DNA from: an uncultured Spirochaetota bacterium
GTDB lineage: Bacteria > Spirochaetota > Spirochaetia > SZUA-6 > Fen-1364
DNA: 64,000 nt
Reading direction: 5' to 3'
NCBI GenBank assembly: GCA_963781885.1
Contig: CAWAHW010000001.1
Location: 416,001-480,000, forward strand
Shown here: positions 51,908 to 63,580 of the stretch, one piece after another
Numbering within the stretch: the first letter of the stretch is position 1
Layout of the letters: every line of letters starts with the position of its first letter
Notes under the pieces: model-generated
Databases searched by the model: none
What the model saw: the letters and a program-made list of their open reading frames with translations, nothing else
Told to the model about the DNA's origin: nothing
Position numbers and translations under genes: made by a program

Positions 51908-52193
51908 GCTCGCTGGCATCCTCTTGCCAGGAGAGGTGCAACTCATATCCTCAGTCGCCATTGCATGGAAGAGCTCCGCCGTGTTTCGGTGAACCCTCAC
52001 CGGGGGTTCCAACGGTAGATGTCGCGCCAGTCTGGCTGCGAGGTGATATAATAAGCCCAAAAATGAAAGATCGAGCTGTCAAGATTCAACCTTAAGTCTG
52101 GCAAGCTTCTACAGTTCACTCCGATCTCCGCTGCCATGCGAATGGTTTGTTTGCAGGAGAACCTGAACTGTGCGGTCCTGCGGAGGCAGTGCA

Positions 52194-54588
52194 ATGGCGA
52201 GTGAAAAAAAAGGTACGCGCGACTCCTTCCATGAAAAAGGCAATCAGGGCGAGGCCGAGCGTGCGCTCCTGAAGACGCTGATTGATGCCGTGCCCGATCT
52301 TGTCTACCAGAAGGACCTGCGTGGACGATATGTGTTTGCGAATCGATCGTTTGCAGAAATCGCCGGATTGAGCGATTCGAAGGACGTGATCGGCAGGACG
52401 GACCGAGAGGTCTTCCCAAGAGAGATTGCGGACAAGCTCATCTGCGGATGACCGAATTGTCATTGAAGCAGCCCGGCAGCAGGAAAACATCGAAGAACCC
52501 GTCGTGTCCGCATCTGGATCGCTCTCGTGGGTGCTGACCACCAGGGTGCCTCTCTTCGACGAGACAGGACGCGTCACCGGGCTCGTTGGCATCGGCCGCG
52601 ACATCACCAGGCGAAAGGAGCGGGAAGACAAGAACCAGCAACTCGCAACGCTGGTGGAATCATCCGACGACGCCATCGTCAGTTTCGATCTTGATCGCAG
52701 GGTCACGGCGTGGAACGGAGCGGCGGAGCGACTCTACGGATACACGGCAGAGGAAATGATCGGCGCACCGACGTCTCTGACAATTCCACCCGAGTTGGAG
52801 GCGGAAGCGCGGCTCGTGCGCGAGCGCGTCATGCAGGGCGAACAAGTCACGCGCTATGAAACGACGCGTCTGCGCAAGGACGCATCGAGGGTCTCGGTTT
52901 CCCTGACTCTCTTCGCAACCCGCAACGTGGAAGGCGCCATTGTGGGCCTTGCGTCGGTTGCCCGCGATATCACGGAGCAGAAGAGAGCAGAGGAGGTGCT
53001 GCGGGAATCTGAACGGCGACTCACCGATATCTTCGATTTCCTGCCAGATGCCACGTTTGCCATCGACACGGGAGGAACAGTCACCGCCTGGAACCGGGCC
53101 ATTGAAAAGATGACGGGCTGGACGAAAGAGCAAATGCTCGGCTGTCGCGACAATGACTATGCCATCCCGTTCTACGGCGAGCGCCGCCCCATCCTCATTG
53201 ATCTTGCATTCTATGACCAAGAGGAAATTGCGCAAAAATACGCGTTCGTTGAACGAAACGGGGATACCTGCACCGCGGAAATCTTCGCTCCTGTGCTCCA
53301 TGATGGCGAAGGGGCCTATTTGTGGGGGGTCGCCACTCTCTTGAGGAATGAAAAAAGCGTCGTTGTCGGTGCCATCGAATCGATCCGCGACATCACTGAC
53401 CGAAAGAAGGCGGAGGAAGAGAAGGCCAGGCTCGAAGCGTGGCTTCTGCAGGCTCAGAAGATGGAATCCGTGGGGCGCCTGGCAGGCGGTGTCGCCCACG
53501 ATTTCAACAACATGCTGGGCGTCATCCTCGGCCATACGGAGATGGCACTGGAAGAGGTGGACTCGACAGAGCCGCTCCATGCCGACTTGGAAGAAATTCG
53601 CAAGGCAGCCTCGCGCTCCGCCGACTTGACTCGTCAACTGCTGGCCTTTGCCCGCAAGCAGGCCGTTGCGCCCAGGGTGCTGGACTTGAACGAGACAATT
53701 GGAGAGATGCTCACGATGCTGAAGCGGCTGGTCGGGGAGAATGTCCACCTTGTATGGCAGCCGAAGGCAGACCTGTGGCCGGTCATGGTGGACCGCTCCC
53801 AGATTGACCAGCTCCTGACCAACCTGTGTGTCAACGCCCGTGACGCCATTGTCGACGTGGGCCAGATCACCATCGAGACGGGAAACAGCATAATCGATGA
53901 CGCCTTCTGCGCCGATCACGCGGGATTCGTGCCGGGAGAGTATGCGCTGCTTGCCGTCGCCGATGATGGCCACGGCATGGACAAGGAAACGCAGTCTCAT
54001 CTTTTCGAGCCTTTCTTCACCACGAAGGGGATCGGGAAGGGAACCGGCCTGGGACTGGCGACAGTCTACGGCATCGTCAAGCAGAACTACGGCTTCATCA
54101 ATGTTTCCAGCACGCCAGGCAATGGATCAAGGTTCACGATCTATATGCCTCGGTATTTGGGCAACACGGAGCAAACGCGGGGACAGCGGGCGGAGCCGTC
54201 GGCCATGGCCCCGCGCGGGCGGGAGACCATCCTGCTGGTGGAAGACGAGCCGGCCAGCCTGAGACTGATCAGCAAGATGCTCGAAAAGCAGGGGTACACC
54301 GTATTGGCCGCAGGCACGCCAGGGGAAGCAATCCGCATGGCCCGCGAGCACGCCGGGGAGATTCACTTGTTGGCAACCGACGTGATAATGCCCGAAATGA
54401 ATGGCCGCGATCTGGCCAGGAATCTGCTGTCCCTTTTTCCGCGTCTCAAGATCTTGTTCGCGTCGGGATATACGGCCGATGTCATCACTCACCAAGGCGT
54501 CCTGGATGAGGGAGTGCACTTCATCCAGAAGCCCTTTTCGAGAAAAAAGCTGGCGGAAAAAGTGCGCGAAGTGCTGGAGAGCGAATGA
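52194..54588 (+). CDS. multi-PAS hybrid histidine kinase, frameshifted near 52441
   Basis: First PAS domain split across two frames; AHDFNN, NARDA, GTGLGL, receiver domain. Confidence 0.9.
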
Positions 54589-55003
54589 GGAGACATCGTG
54601 CGCTTCCCCCGCGCTCGACAGGACGGTGAGGAGAACACGCGCACCACTTTAAACCAGCGTGCAGCGCGAGGCCGGAGCGACGACGAGCAAAGCTGCGACA
54701 TCGCTGTTTTGCGAGGGCGGGGAGCCTCACGATCAGGCCATTCGCTGCCGCCCAGAGGGAGGTAGACGCACCCCGCGGCGAGGCAGCCGATCGCCATGGA
54801 GTTGTGCATGGGCTGCTTGTCTCTTGCCGTCAGTTGGGCGCCTGCGTAGAACAGGATGCCGACCGCGCACGCCAGAAGCAGGTGCGGCATGGGCTATTAT
54901 CTCCTGGTTCAGGAAAAAAGTTCAAGTTTTTTTCTTGGACGAAAGTCCCGTCCCCTTTGCTCTACAATGGCTGTATTCCTACGACTTATGCGCGCCTCAA
55001 GCG

Positions 55004-55170
55004 TCAGCGAAAGGGCAGCGCGCCCACGTGCGACAACTGATCGGTAATCCGCGCTGTGAAGCTCTTCGAGCCGTCCGTACCCAGTGTCGCGCCATTCACA
55101 GAGAAGGGGACCCCGTTTGAAATTTCCGATGCCGTCAGTGTATGTGTTGCGATTGAGCCGCCATTGAGAA
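55004..55170 (-). pseudogene. inverted Ig-repeat adhesin fragment
   Basis: LLNGGSIATHTLTASEISNG...LGTDGSKSFTARITD is typical of bacterial Ig-like repeats. Confidence 0.55.
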
Positions 55171-56394
55171 GTGTCAACGTTACCGGCACCTTTGGCGGAT
55201 CAGGCACGGCCTGGTACGTCACCTATACGGTATCCAGCGGGGACACGAACCAAGCGCAGGGTGGCATTCCCATCAGCGTCGCGCTCAAAGATGCCGCGGG
55301 AAACACATGCTCCCCCTATACAACAGTGACGGGCGGCACCCCGGGAGTGGATACGTTTGCGCCTGTCATCACCTCCGCCAGCTTCAGCCAGCCCAGCGGC
55401 TGGCTCAAGGCCGGCTCTTCCGTCACGCTGAGCATCACGACCGCGTTATCAGAGACCGGGCTGACGCCAAGCTCTATCACCGTCAACGGTGTCAACGTTA
55501 CCGGCACCTTCGGCGGGTCAGACACTAACTGGCACGCAACCTATATGGCCTCCGTCGGGGATACATACCGCGCGCAGGGTGCCATTCCCGTCAGCATCGC
55601 GCTGACAGATGCCGCAGGGAACACGTACTCCACCAGCGCGGTCACGGGGAACACTCTGGGGGTAGATACGGTTGCGCCCAGTGGCTACTCGGCGTCGATC
55701 ACGCAGCCGTATGTCAACAGTTCCAACGTCTCCTCAGTGAACATGAGCTTTGCCGGTGCGGAGACGGATGACTCCTACAGTTACAGCATATCCAGCTCGG
55801 GGGGAACGTGGGGTCCAATAACGGGTACTGTCAGCTCTTCCAACCAATCATTCTACGGTCTCAACCTGAGCGGCCTGGGCGACGGCACGCTCACGGTGTC
55901 GCTGACCCTCACCGACCCTGCCGGCAACATGGGCACACCTGCCGTAACCACCAAGACAAAGGATACCATGGCGCCCAGTGGCTACTCGGCGTCGATCACG
56001 CAGCCGTATGTCAATGCTTCCAACTTCAATTCAGTGAGCATGAGCTTTGCCGGTGCGGAGAAGGATGACTCCTACAGTTGCAGCATATCCAGCTCGGGGG
56101 GCGGAACGTTGATCCTATCGGGTACCGTGACATCTCCCACCCAAACATTCTCCGGTCTCAACCTGAGCGGCCTGGGCGACGGCACGCTCACGGTGTCCCT
56201 GACCCTCACCGACCCTGCCGGCAACCTGGGCACACCCGCCGCAACCACCAAGACAAAGGATACCATGGCGCCCAGTGGCTACTCGGCGTCGATCAACCAG
56301 CTTTATGTCAACAGTTCCAACGTCTTTTCAGTGAACATGAGCTTTGCCGGTGCGGAGGTGGGCGCCTCCTACAGTTACAGCATTTCCAGCTTAG

Positions 56395-57686
56395 CAGGGT
56401 GTTGAAAAACTCAGCTTTTCATTGAGTAAGGCTTCGTTCCTTGGTAATCTTGTGAAGCAGGATTTCCAGGGAGGGAGTCGATGAGAGGCGCGAATCAGGA
56501 ACAAGACAGCATCTTTAGTTATCACTCACCTGCAGACCGTGTGCCGTCTAACCATCCGCTACGGGTGGTAAAGGAAATGGCGAATCGGGCTTTGAAGGGA
56601 CTGTCGGCAGATTTCAACAAGATGTATTCCGCTACCGGTCGGCCATCGATTCCGCCGGAGAAGCTCATTCGGGCGCTGTTGCTCCAGGTGTTGTACTCCA
56701 TCCGCAGTGAAAGGCTACTGATGGAGGAATTGAACTATAATCTGTTGTTCCGCTGGTTCGTCGGACTGTCGATGGAAGACGAGGTTCTGGGACCACTCCA
56801 CATTCTCCAAGAATCGGGATCGGCTGCTGAACGCGGACATCGTGGCGAAGTTTTTTATCCAGATTAGGGAGCAGGCCCGAGAGCAGGGGCTGCTGTCTGA
56901 TGAGCATTTCACTGTCGACGGGACACTCATTGAAGCCTGGGCATCTCAAAAGAGCTTCCAGCCGAAAGAGGGAGGACCCTCGGGACCAACAAGTGGCGAA
57001 AACGGTCGCAACGCAGATGTTGACTACCGCGGAGAAAAGAGGAGCAACGAGACACACGCCTCGACGACGGACCCCGATGCACGGCTGTCAAAGAAGAGCC
57101 ACGGAGGGGAAGCACGGCTGAGCTATATGGGCCACCTGCTGATGGAAAACCGCAACGGGTTGGTGGTGGAGCATCGCCTGAGCATCAGCAGCGGTACCGC
57201 CGAGCCAGAGGCGGCCGTGGAGATGGTGAAAGCGATCCCGGGCAATTACCGCATTACCGTTGGCATGGACAAGGGCTACGACAGAAGATCTTGTGTCAAG
57301 GAGTTGCGTAAGCTGAACGCTACTCCCCACGTTGCGCAGCGCAAGGATCATTCCGCCGTTGATGGACGCACCGTTCGTTGCGAAGGCTATGTGATCAGTC
57401 AGCGCGTTCGCAAACGAGTGGAAGAGATCTTTGGCTGGATGAAGACCGTCGGAGGATATCGAAAGACTCGCTTCCGTGGGGTACAACGCGTCGGTTGGGG
57501 ATTCACTCTTGCCATGGCCGTCTACAATATGGTCCGAATCCGCAATCTGTCGGCTCAGCTATCCGTGTAGAGGCCAAACGGGGCCAAGCCCACAATGGCC
57601 CCAATTTCTGATCCGCAATCGAGGACCCCAAATAGCACCGCTGAGGAGATAATGATTTCTCCAACAAGAACTTCTTCAACACCCTG
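56395..57686 (+). mobile_element. IS5-family insertion sequence (1292 bp)
   Basis: Terminal inverted repeats CAGGGTGTTGAA/TTCAACACCCTG; TTAG target duplication at 56391-56394 and 57687-57690. Confidence 0.93.
56481..57570 (+). CDS. IS5-family DDE transposase, frameshifted near 56788
   Basis: GRPSIPPE..., VDGTLI, DKGYD, RKRVEEIFGW motifs. Confidence 0.9.
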
Positions 57687-58391
57687 TTAGGAGGAGGAGC
57701 GCCGGTCACGGGAACGGGCACTGTCATCTCGCCCACCCAATCCGTCTCAGGTCTCAACCTGAGCGGCCTGGGCGACGGCACGCTCACGGTGTCCCTGACC
57801 CTCACCGACCCGGCCGGCAACGCGGGCAGCCCTGCCGTAACCACAATAACAAAGGACACCGTGGCGCCTACAGCGTTCAGTGTGCAGTGCATGCGCCCAA
57901 ACGTAAACGTCTATTTCTCCGAAGGTGTTTATGGGGACTTAGGTGCTACCAGCCAACTGGGCATCAATAGCGTGTCGATATTTGATCAAACGCATCCCTC
58001 CTACACCGCGAACGTCACTGGGGTCGGGCACGGCCCGGGAATGCCCTCCGCAACATTCTACGTCAACTGGTCATATACGCCGCCCGGCGGGAGACATAGT
58101 CGTGGTGGTGGCGAATATGAACCAGATCTTCGACGCCGTGGGAAATGCGATCCCCGCCGGCCCGCTCGGCCAGGTAACGTGGCAGTGAAATGGAAGAGGC
58201 GCCCGCCGTGCGGTCACCCCCGTTGACGCTCCGCACAGAGGACGTCGACAGAGTCTGCCCGGTTGTCACGAAGAGGCACAGCTTGATGCGACGTTGACGC
58301 GTTTCTGTCTTCTGCCTATAAAGGGTGGCATATACCACGCGTCGGAAAACCCTTACAAAGTGAGCAAACGCTCGATTTCCAGAAAGCCGGA

Positions 58392-59108
58392 ATGAGGGGT
58401 TCTGCATTTTGCGCCGTGGTCCTTTGCCTATGCGCTCTCTCCGCCTGCGCCTCTCGGGGACATATCTCGGGCATTGAGATCGACCCGGCTGCATACTCCC
58501 ACCTGCCGGAAAGGGCCGTGATAAAGGTCGTTCTCATTCCACAAAACGACACGAAATCCTGCGCAACAACCTCCATCGCCATGGTCATCTCGTACTTCGA
58601 GGGGCGAAATAATGATCCCTTGGACAAGGAAGAGGTTTGGAAGATCTCAGGGACGAGCGAGCTTGTCGTGCATACCGTGGGCAACGACATGGCCGGCCTT
58701 TCGCAGATTGCGAAGCATTACGGCTACAGGAGTGAGTACGCCCAGGGCGTCACGCTGGAGCAGCTGGAGTACCTGCTCTCGAAGGGCATCCCCGTCATGG
58801 TGAATATCCGGCCCGATCCGATGAAATCGGCCACGCATGCATTGCTGATCGTCGGCTATGACAGGAACAGCCGGCTTTTCTACCTGAACGATCCCTCGCT
58901 CGTATTCAATGTGATGACTTTCGACGCTTTCGAGGCGCGGTGGTTTGCTTATTTGAGCTCGCCTCTTGGGATGTCGCGCAGGAGCGTCTTTATCGTCTAT
59001 CCCAAGGACGGCTGGAAAGTGGACGATGGTGTTCCAGCGGGCAGGGCGGACTTTCGGATATCACCCGGTCAAGGAACGTCTTGGCGAGTGTCACCGGATA
59101 TGGGATGA
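58392..59108 (+). CDS. C39-family cysteine peptidase lipoprotein
   Basis: LSAC lipobox; PQ...SCA, HALLIVGYD, LNDP motifs. Confidence 0.85.
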   Translation: MRGSAFCAVVLCLCALSACASRGHISGIEIDPAAYSHLPERAVIKVVLIPQNDTKSCATTSIAMVISYFEGRNNDPLDKEEVWKISGTSELVVHTVGNDMAGLSQIAKHYGYRSEYAQGVTLEQLEYLLSKGIPVMVNIRPDPMKSATHALLIVGYDRNSRLFYLNDPSLVFNVMTFDAFEARWFAYLSSPLGMSRRSVFIVYPKDGWKVDDGVPAGRADFRISPGQGTSWRVSPDMG

Positions 59109-59139
59109 CTCAATGTGCAGATGATACCGGAGGCAACAA

Positions 59140-60501
59140 ATGGGAAAGATGGCAAGCGTAGCGATGGTTCTTGCGGTGGCATGGGTGACGTCTACATATG
59201 CACAGACAGACCTTCTTGAGCTTGCGGGAAGCGGAACACCACAGGAGGTTCAGGCAGCCATCGACAACGGCGCGGACGTGTCGGCTCGAGACGCGAATGA
59301 AAGAACCCCGATAATGTACGCCGCCTGGAAGAATCCGGATCCCGACGTGATCACGACGCTTCTGAAGGCGGGGGCGAAGGTAAATGTTCAAGACATGGAT
59401 GGCAGCACCGCGCTGATGCTCGCCGCAGGTGGGGACCCTATGAATAGCAACAGCATAGAAGTGATGGCCGCGCTTCTGAAAGCGGGCGCAGACGTGAATG
59501 CCGGGGATAGCGTCGGCACCACCGCGTTGATGCTCGCCGCCCGGCATAATCACCCCGCGGCGATCGCTCTGCTCCTCAAGGCGGGGGCAAAAGTGAATGC
59601 GCAGAACAGCAGCGGCAGCACGTCTCTGATGTGGGCCGTCTATAACCCGGATCCCGAGGTGATTGTTGCACTCTTAAAAGCCGGCGCGGATGCGAAGGTG
59701 AAAGACGTAGAGGGAAAGACCGCCTTTGATTCTGCCCAGGAAAATGAAAACTTGAGAGGGACCGATGCCTGGGCTTCTTTGGCGGCGGCGGACTTCTTGA
59801 GCTTTGTAAAGGACGGAACGGTACAGGACATCCGGGCCGCCCTTGACAATGGCGCGAGCATCAAGACCGCAAACCGCGACGGAACGACAGCGTTGATGAG
59901 TGCTGCCGGCTACAATCAAAATCCTGAGGTCATCACGGCGCTCATTGCGGCGGGAGCGGACATCAAGGCCCGGGACAAACATGGATTTACTCCGTTGATG
60001 TGGGCAGCCACGTACAATCCAAACCCGGATGTGATCACCGCGCTTGTTTCGGCGGGAGCAGATATCAAGACCGTTGACAAGGATGGTGCGCCGGTTTTGA
60101 AGTGGGCCATCTGGAACCAACAGAACACTGATGTGATGAACGCCCTTCTTGCCGCGGGAGCGCAGGTCAAGACGCGAGATGCTGCGGGCGTTACTCCGTT
60201 GATGTGGGCGGCGGCATACAGCCAGGAACCCGCGGCGCTCCGTGTGCTTCTTGCAGCCGGTGCGGACGTGAATGCGCGTGACAGCGATGGCTGGACTCCC
60301 CTGATGTACGCTCTCAGCTCAAAGGACGCGGAAAGGCCAATCAAATACGTCTATCCCGAAGTGATCATTGCTCTTCTGGATGCGGGCGCCGACGCAACAA
60401 TAAGAAACAAAGCGGGGAAGAATGCCCTTTCTTACGCAGAACGTGTCCTGAGCCTGAAAGGGACGGACGCCTTTCAGAAACTTGAAGAAGCGTCGAAGTA
60501 G
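59140..60501 (+). CDS. secreted ankyrin-repeat protein
   Basis: Signal peptide; repeated TxLMxAA..NP.VI..LLxAGA. Confidence 0.92.
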   Translation: MGKMASVAMVLAVAWVTSTYAQTDLLELAGSGTPQEVQAAIDNGADVSARDANERTPIMYAAWKNPDPDVITTLLKAGAKVNVQDMDGSTALMLAAGGDPMNSNSIEVMAALLKAGADVNAGDSVGTTALMLAARHNHPAAIALLLKAGAKVNAQNSSGSTSLMWAVYNPDPEVIVALLKAGADAKVKDVEGKTAFDSAQENENLRGTDAWASLAAADFLSFVKDGTVQDIRAALDNGASIKTANRDGTTALMSAAGYNQNPEVITALIAAGADIKARDKHGFTPLMWAATYNPNPDVITALVSAGADIKTVDKDGAPVLKWAIWNQQNTDVMNALLAAGAQVKTRDAAGVTPLMWAAAYSQEPAALRVLLAAGADVNARDSDGWTPLMYALSSKDAERPIKYVYPEVIIALLDAGADATIRNKAGKNALSYAERVLSLKGTDAFQKLEEASK

Positions 60502-60609
60502 GCGCAAAGTCACCCGACGACGTGCGACGGCAAGCCGCCGCGGCGCGCGGCGTCTTTGGCGCTTTTCGGTGGTGCCGCGGGTCAATAGTCTCTGCCGTTC
60601 AGCCGCAGC

Positions 60610-61101
60610 TCACTGACTGAAGAAAGCGCCGACGATGGGTATCACCATTCCCAGGAAAGTCGTGGCCAGGTTCTTCACGATATCGGGTGTTTCAGGGCTC
60701 CGAAAAATCCAGGTCGCAATGGCAGCGGCTCCCCACACGATGTACACCAGCGCATAGGCGCTGAGAAGGGCGGGTTGCAGAACGACGGCTGTTGGGGCCC
60801 CGGGAATACTGCTCAGACCTTTGAGGTTTCTCTTCAGTCGGCTGGTCGCGCCGTCCTGGGGCGGCTTCAAACCGAAGCTGACCGCCACGATTCCTCCCAC
60901 GAGCGCGGCTACTGCCGTCGCAACATAGAGGAGCGCTTCGCTGTATTCCGGAGGTAGGCCGGGGGAGGCTGCCCACGTCTGATACATTGCCCATGCAAAA
61001 ATGCCGGCGAAGGCGAGCCCCGTCAGGATGACCATCAAGGCCGTGAGGATTGTCCGAACGACTTCCGGCAAGGCTCCCGCTGGCGTGGTTGGACTTGACA
61101 T
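60610..61101 (-). CDS. 4-TM membrane protein
   Basis: AAGGAG RBS; four hydrophobic segments. Confidence 0.75.
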   Translation of the reverse strand: MSSPTTPAGALPEVVRTILTALMVILTGLAFAGIFAWAMYQTWAASPGLPPEYSEALLYVATAVAALVGGIVAVSFGLKPPQDGATSRLKRNLKGLSSIPGAPTAVVLQPALLSAYALVYIVWGAAAIATWIFRSPETPDIVKNLATTFLGMVIPIVGAFFSQ

Positions 61102-61452
61102 TTCAGTCTCCTTTTTAAAAATAGCTTTTTCGACATGATATACCCTGGTCCGAACCGGCGCCAGAGGCCCCTCCCGAACGCGGAAGAAGCTTCGCGGCGC
61201 TTGACATGCCGGAGGGGCATGATATTCTGAAAAAAAGGAGAGCAAAAAGCAGCAAGGAAAATATATCTGCGAATTGCGGTCTGAGCTTCAACACGGAGCG
61301 GCCGCAGGAACGGTTGCCATTGCGGGTGTCGAGGCACTCGCCCCACCAGCCAGCGCCATTGCAGCATGTGCCATCATCGACACAATCACCAACCATGGAC
61401 GGATGGATGCCCATCTCAATAAAAGAGTAACCAGGAAAAAAGGAGCAATGTC

Positions 61453-63092
61453 ATGGCGACAATCGATATGAGTGATCGCAAAGTATTTCACGACAGCGTG
61501 ACCGCGATTCAAGCGGAGCACGGTCTCACGGTGGACGGGCTGATGGTCAGCGAGGCCCTGCCCGAACATCGAACGGAAAAGATGACGCTTCACTTCTCGC
61601 TGGATATCCCGCCCCGGCGCAGGCGGAATTGGAAGAAAAGGTCGCCGGCGGCCAAGTTGTCACCCCAGAAGAGCTGAAGAAGGACTATGGGCCGGCCGAT
61701 GAGGACGTCAAGAAGCTTGAGGCGTGGCTGAAACAGGAAGGGTTCGAGATTCTGCCCGTTCAACAAGACGGCAGCAGCATCTATGCGCGAGCGAGCGTGG
61801 GCCAGATCGAGAAGAGTCTGGCCGTCAGGACGGTTCGCGTGACCAAGGAAGGTGTCACGTACACCGCCGCGCAGGACGCGCCGAGCCTGCCGGTCGATGT
61901 GGGCAGGGCCGTTCATGCCATCATCGGGTTGCAGCCGTATCGGAAAGCCCGCAAGCATTTCCGGGTCATGAGTCCCCGGGAGGAAAATCGGATCTCGCTC
62001 GGAACGGGCGATGGTCCGGCGGCATCTCCATCACCGAACGTGGCAAATCACCCGCCCTACCTCGTGTCGGAGATACTCGGCGCTTATGACGCAAAGAACC
62101 TGGGCGTCACCGGACATGGCCAGACGATCGCCATCCTGATCGACACTTTCCCCGCCGACGCGGACCTGACGGCGTTTTGGAGGGCGAATGGCGTGCCCTG
62201 CACCCTGACGCAAATCCAGAAGATCAATGTCACGGGCGGAGCGCTTCCCGCGCAGGAAGGCGAAGAGACGCTTGACGCTTCATGGGCCAGCGGAATCGCG
62301 CCGGGGGCGACCATCAGAATCTACGCCACCGGCTCGCTCAGCTTCGTGAACCTTGACATGGCTCTTGACCGCATCATCACGGACCTGGCGACGGTGCCGG
62401 GCATGCGTCAGTTGTCCATCAGTCTCGGCCTTGGCGAACACTACATGGGGGGCGCCAACGGCGAGGTTGCCACGCAGCATCAGAAGTTCTTGAAGCTTGC
62501 CGCTGCCGGCGTCAATGTCTTCGTTTCCAGCGGAGATGCGGGGTCAAATCCCGACAGCACGGGGCATAGCCCGAGCGGTCCCACCCAGGCCGAGTACGAG
62601 TCTTCCGATTCCTGCGTCGTCGGCGTCGGCGGCACCAGTTTGAAGCTGAACGCAACGGGCGCCATCGCCGGTGAAACGGGATGGACGAGCAGCGGCGGCG
62701 GAAAGAGCATTTTTTTCACTCGCCCTTCTTGGCAAACCGGGGCTGGCGTGCCGGCGGGAAAGAACAGGCTGGTTCCCGACGTCAGCCTTACCGCCGATCC
62801 CAACGAGGGCGCCTATCTCGTGCTGCACGGGCATGTCGTCCAGATTGGCGGAACAAGCTGGAGCGCGCCCGTCTGGGCCGGTTTCTGCGCACTGATCAAT
62901 GAGGCACGCCAGAAGGCGCGCAAGCCCTTGCTGTCATTTCTCAACCCGTTGCTGTACCCGCTGGCACGCACGCCGTGTTTCCGCGACATTCAATCCGGGA
63001 ATAATGGCGCATACAGCGCGGGGCCTGGATACGACATGGTCACCGGACTCGGCGTGCCGGATATCGCGCAGCTCATCAAGATACTGAAGTAA
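61453..63092 (+). CDS. S53 (sedolisin/kumamolisin) peptidase, frameshifted near 61612
   Basis: Pro-domain, EETLD, SSGD, VPDVS, GGTS, YDMVTGLG motifs. Confidence 0.9.
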
Positions 63093-63105
63093 CTGATTTG
63101 AATGG

Positions 63106-63131
63106 AAACGGCCTCCGCCAGGAGGCCGTTT
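63106..63131. terminator. bidirectional hairpin terminator
   Basis: AAACGGCCTCC-gcca-GGAGGCCGTTT between convergent genes. Confidence 0.7.
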
Positions 63132-63133
63132 GA

Positions 63134-63580
63134 TCATGAGCGGTCTTCTTCCTGGGACAATCGATACAGATTCTGCAGAAAGCCGTCCTTCCGATTTCCC
63201 AGGCGATCGAGAAAGAACTGCCGGTCAAAGGTCTCGACGATGGGGACGGCCCGGTCGGCGACCGTGGCGCCCTTTGGGGTGATTCGCAGCACCTTGGCGC
63301 GCCGATCCCGATCGTCGTCCTGCCGGTCGACCCAGCCTTTGGTTGCCAGTGTCCTGATCACCGCCGAGACGGTCATTTCATCGCATCCCGTATGCTTCGA
63401 CAGCTCGACCTGGCTTGATCCATCGAGCCATCTCAGGCTGGCAAGAAGGACATATTGGGTATGGGTCAGGTCGAGGGGGGCCAGCAGATCGCGGATACCC
63501 CGTTGCCAGAGGGCCGAGACCTTCCAGAACAGGTATCCCGAGCTCTGGTTGGCGGTCTCAACCGAGAATGGTCCCTTCAT
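63134..63580 (-). CDS. MarR-family regulator
   Basis: LTHTQY, SQVELS, DRRAK...ITPKG. Confidence 0.9.
   Translation of the reverse strand: MKGPFSVETANQSSGYLFWKVSALWQRGIRDLLAPLDLTHTQYVLLASLRWLDGSSQVELSKHTGCDEMTVSAVIRTLATKGWVDRQDDDRDRRAKVLRITPKGATVADRAVPIVETFDRQFFLDRLGNRKDGFLQNLYRLSQEEDRS

Larger units (their letters stand above)
55171..58188 (+). pseudogene. Ig-like repeat surface protein, 5'-truncated and IS-disrupted
   Basis: About 300-bp DNA repeats encoding D.AGN/DT.AP modules. Frame restored by removing the IS; further frameshift near 58090. Confidence 0.8.

Noticed and set aside
50501-59076. Shared 15-mer CACCCGGTCAAGGAA near two ankyrin genes
   Set aside because: A few 15-mer matches are expected by chance in 64 kb, and the flanks do not align.
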